Origin: Lama guanicoe
Lineage: Eukaryota
Assembly: GCA_013239625.1 (NCBI GenBank)
Contig: MU053376.1
Coordinates: forward strand, 2,569,078 to 2,633,077
Direction: 5' to 3'
Length of the DNA stretch: 64,000 bases
Below, piece after piece: positions 61,701-64,000 of the stretch. A program made the translations under genes and the position numbers. Within the stretch, counting starts at the first letter, position 1; each line of letters starts with the position of its first letter. Under the pieces are notes generated by a model. The model was not told the DNA's origin. It did no database searches and saw only the letters and a list, made by a program, of their open reading frames with translations.

Positions 61701-63983
61701 AACATCGTTATGCTAGTGACTTTTTGCTTGTTTGGTGGAATTAACATGATGCCATAGATATACTGGATCAATGTGATATTCTGTGAATGTCCACATGGTC
61801 ATGATGTCTTCAGACGGTATTATGACAGGGACAGGTAAGTTATTATAGCCAAGGGTTGCACATGCACATATAAGATTTTGACCTTTTCATGAGTGTGCAA
61901 ACTATTTGTGACCACCTTTTCTGATAAGGTTGGAAAAGAAGGCCTCTGTTGAATCAACAACCTCATTTATCTGAAGACTTAACTAATCTGCTCTAGCAAA
62001 GATATCACATCTAGCACAGTGGTTACAATAGGAGCTAAACCTTATGGATTTTCAGCAGTCTACTGTAATTCTCCAGAATCCCAATTTTTGTCATAGACAC
62101 ACTGGTAAGCACATGGGGGTATGATGACCACTCCTGCTTCTTTAGTTCTTTAAGAGTGGCACTCATTTCTCCCTTTCTCCTACCTCTTGGTACATGATAT
62201 TTTAAAGAACTTACCCGCTATGCCTCAAGGGGGAGGTTATACGTAATATCAATGGCTTCTTCTTGGCTTCGTGGATATGACAGCTCTTACCCCACAGGCC
62301 AAGGGCCAAAAATGGGGGTTGTGCCAATGACCAATTTTGTCCACTCTGTCTATACTTTCAAAGGTAATGGACACGGCCACCAGATGGTGTAATAGGGAGA
62401 CCATGCTGGTTCTAGGTAGCTGTGTCAAGTCAAGCTCTCTGTCCAACAGTACTTGCATTACTGTGTGGCTTTCACTGCTGCACAGTTACCTCAATAAATG
62501 GACATAGGTCCTCTGGGACTGCGGCACTCAGTACTGAGCGTACTTCCCAAGGTGCTGTAGCATCTACTCCTGGAGACTGTCTTTTTCTTCAGTCAGTGAT
62601 CTCCAGACCTGATGACTGGCACAGGTCCAGGCACTGAGCAAGGGATTGTAACTTCTTATTGGACCAAATGCCATCAGTCTCCTGATCATCCACCCTCAGT
62701 TTCTTTTGATGGTACAGATGGGGTGGTTATCTCTTTACCCTGATGAGTGTCCCGTTCCATGAACCACCTCCATAACTCTCAGGCACCTCTAACTGTCTCT
62801 CTAACTTGCCACTCATCATGATGATTATATTACTTACCTTTAAAGAGTATTAGCACCTCTCAGACTACTACTGCTAAATGTGAAAGTTGTTCTTTAATGG
62901 CCTTCCTGTCATCAGCCCTGGCCTTTGATATATGTGCTCCTTTCATTGGGAAATTCCTTATGACCTTGTTAATGTATCCTCAGGCCTTCCCAGGTAACAG
63001 AATCATCTGGTGGGGTTTCTAACATGTGTATGGCTTTTCCACTCCAGAGCTCACTTTTCTGAGTCATTTAACCCCTTCTTCTACCACTTGCCATGGCAAC
63101 TCCAGCGTTTGAATCTCACTTACTGTGGGCATCTGTTTGCCCTGCCTCTAGGAGGCATCTTAGGATAGTCCTTAGAGGTATTATAGCCCATCAGGATACT
63201 ATTTTCTGTGACATTCCTGCGAATTGAATTAAATTAATTTATTTAAATTTCTCATGCACCGTTTGTGGATCCTGTCAGTGTTCCCTTTCAGAGAGATGCT
63301 CCGCACTGTGTCAAGTCTATTATTTCAACATGCAAGTCATCATTTTTAATCATTCTATCAGCTCTTTTAAAAAATATTTTAAAATGCAGTAAGTATATTT
63401 TTGGAGGGATGGATGGACAGATTTGATTGAGAGCAATGAGTCAGAGACTGGATTTATTTTGCATCCTTGCAATTTCTCCCAGATGTACCTGTCTGCATTT
63501 AGCCTGAAATCAGTGCAGTGGACCACTAGTACCCTGGGACTTCAGCCCAAATGGCTCCTGAACAGTGCAGTTTAGTGAACTTGTAGATAAAATGAAGCAA
63601 ATCCTAAGTGCTTGTCTTTCGTTGGCATTTCTACGGTTCCACAGCTTCAGGGCTACAGGAGGGCAGCACAGGTCTTGGGTTTGGCTCAGGGATCCTGTGG
63701 GCAGAGAAGACAGGGGGACAGAAGGGAGCCTCGTGTGAGCCACACAGATTCTGGGGAGTGTTACTACATGCATTCTACACCCTCACGCTCTCTCACTTTT
63801 ATGTCTCACCTCAAGGTTGTGATTCTCCTCCTGTCATTGCCCACGGACACTATAAATTAATCAGTGCATACTTCTTCAAAGATGATGTTGTGTATGAATG
63901 TGATGAAGGGTACACTCTGGTTGGAGCGAACAAACTCACCTGCCATGCTGCAGTCTGGTCCCCTGCAGTCCCTCAATGTAAAG
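43691..63983 (+). CDS. C4BPA: C4b-binding protein alpha chain, 3'-partial (signal peptide + CCP1-7); join(43691..43784,44693..44878,45575..45674,49677..49762,49922..50116,56505..56687,58166..58366,60347..60535,63816..63983)
   Basis: Open frame across nine exons with seven CCP domains. CCP2 is split, CCP6 has an extra Cys pair (VCCP...GCAY), and the gene directly follows C4BPB. An alternative in-frame ATG lies at 43667. Confidence 0.93.
44693..44878 (+). CDS. C4BPA: C4BPA CCP1
   Basis: [61 protein letters not shown]. Confidence 0.95.
45575..45674 (+). CDS. C4BPA: C4BPA CCP2a
   Basis: [34 protein letters not shown]. Confidence 0.95.
46250..46504 (-). mobile_element. ERV1-type LTR fragment within old L1 remnants
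   Basis: gctgcctttcaagtgcctttagctcaaaataatcctgatgc...ggcaaatttggggg...ttca. Confidence 0.55.
46860..48460 (-). mobile_element. MLT2/ERVL LTR plus internal fragment, interrupted by an L1 3' end (about 47568-47790)
   Basis: MLT2-like gggatttatttac...gatacaatggtggcagctgg; ERVL-int-like agtccatcccttgtcaa and ttctacaactggtcacgtggtcgtggttggtatttataac. Confidence 0.6.
49677..49762 (+). CDS. C4BPA: C4BPA CCP2b
   Basis: [28 protein letters not shown]. Confidence 0.95.
49922..50116 (+). CDS. C4BPA: C4BPA CCP3
   Basis: [64 protein letters not shown]. Confidence 0.95.
50325..55200 (-). mobile_element. Long, internally deleted, degenerate L1 antisense in a C4BPA intron
   Basis: Minus-strand ORF2 fragments: endonuclease ([35 protein letters not shown]) and RT region ([37 protein letters not shown]). 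The 3' end is at about 50325-50780, with ORF1/5'-like sequence to about 55200. Confidence 0.92.
56505..56687 (+). CDS. C4BPA: C4BPA CCP4
   Basis: [60 protein letters not shown]. Confidence 0.95.
57305..57548 (+). mobile_element. L1 3' end fragment (L1MB-like)
   Basis: aaatgtcccagaataggc...gacagaaag...ggtgatggttgtacaactctgcgaatatactaaaa...tatctcaataaaactgtt. Confidence 0.75.
58166..58366 (+). CDS. C4BPA: C4BPA CCP5
   Basis: [66 protein letters not shown]. Confidence 0.95.
60347..60535 (+). CDS. C4BPA: C4BPA CCP6
   Basis: [62 protein letters not shown]. Confidence 0.95.
60592..61107 (-). mobile_element. L1 3' end fragment
   Basis: ctgaagtacagttgatctgcaatatt...ggtaaccactagtttgttccctgtatctgtgagtc...ggctattgtaaataatgctactatgaacatt. 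Confidence 0.85.
63816..63983 (+). CDS. C4BPA: C4BPA CCP7
   Basis: tcaag|[57 protein letters not shown]|gtaact. Confidence 0.94.
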
Positions 63984-64000
63984 GTAACTCCAGCTCCCTC

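Noticed and set aside
63473..63660. Possible extra or degenerate CCP exon after an acceptor-like tttctcccag
   Set aside because: No CCP Cys/Trp pattern in the frames I read, and CCP6 splices in frame to CCP7.

Overview
This is mammalian genomic DNA, most likely camelid, judging from three Vic-1-like tRNA-derived SINEs and artiodactyl-like protein sequences. It covers the PFKFB2-C4BPB-C4BPA segment at the edge of the regulators-of-complement-activation (RCA) cluster, with all genes on the + strand. In order it contains: (1) PFKFB2 from coding exon 3 (human numbering) to its end, with two alternative terminal exons and two long 3' UTRs; (2) a frameshifted UBE2N processed pseudogene with target-site duplications (TSDs), just past the distal PFKFB2 poly(A) signals; (3) a complete, intact C4BPB of 255 aa with 3 CCP domains; (4) C4BPA from its probable promoter through CCP7, running off the window end. 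Interspersed repeats include L1, L2, hAT DNA transposons, LTR/ERVL pieces and SINEs. I found no convincing new biological system. The best leads are lineage-level variations. The C4BP beta chain keeps CCP1 but has no tail cysteines. C4BPA has lost its human-equivalent start codon. PFKFB2 has three possible C-termini. There is a young 160-bp tandem duplication upstream of the PFKFB2 regulatory exon, and the UBE2N retrocopy is placed where read-through could transcribe it. Orthologue comparisons and repeat family names are from memory and need alignment/Dfam confirmation.
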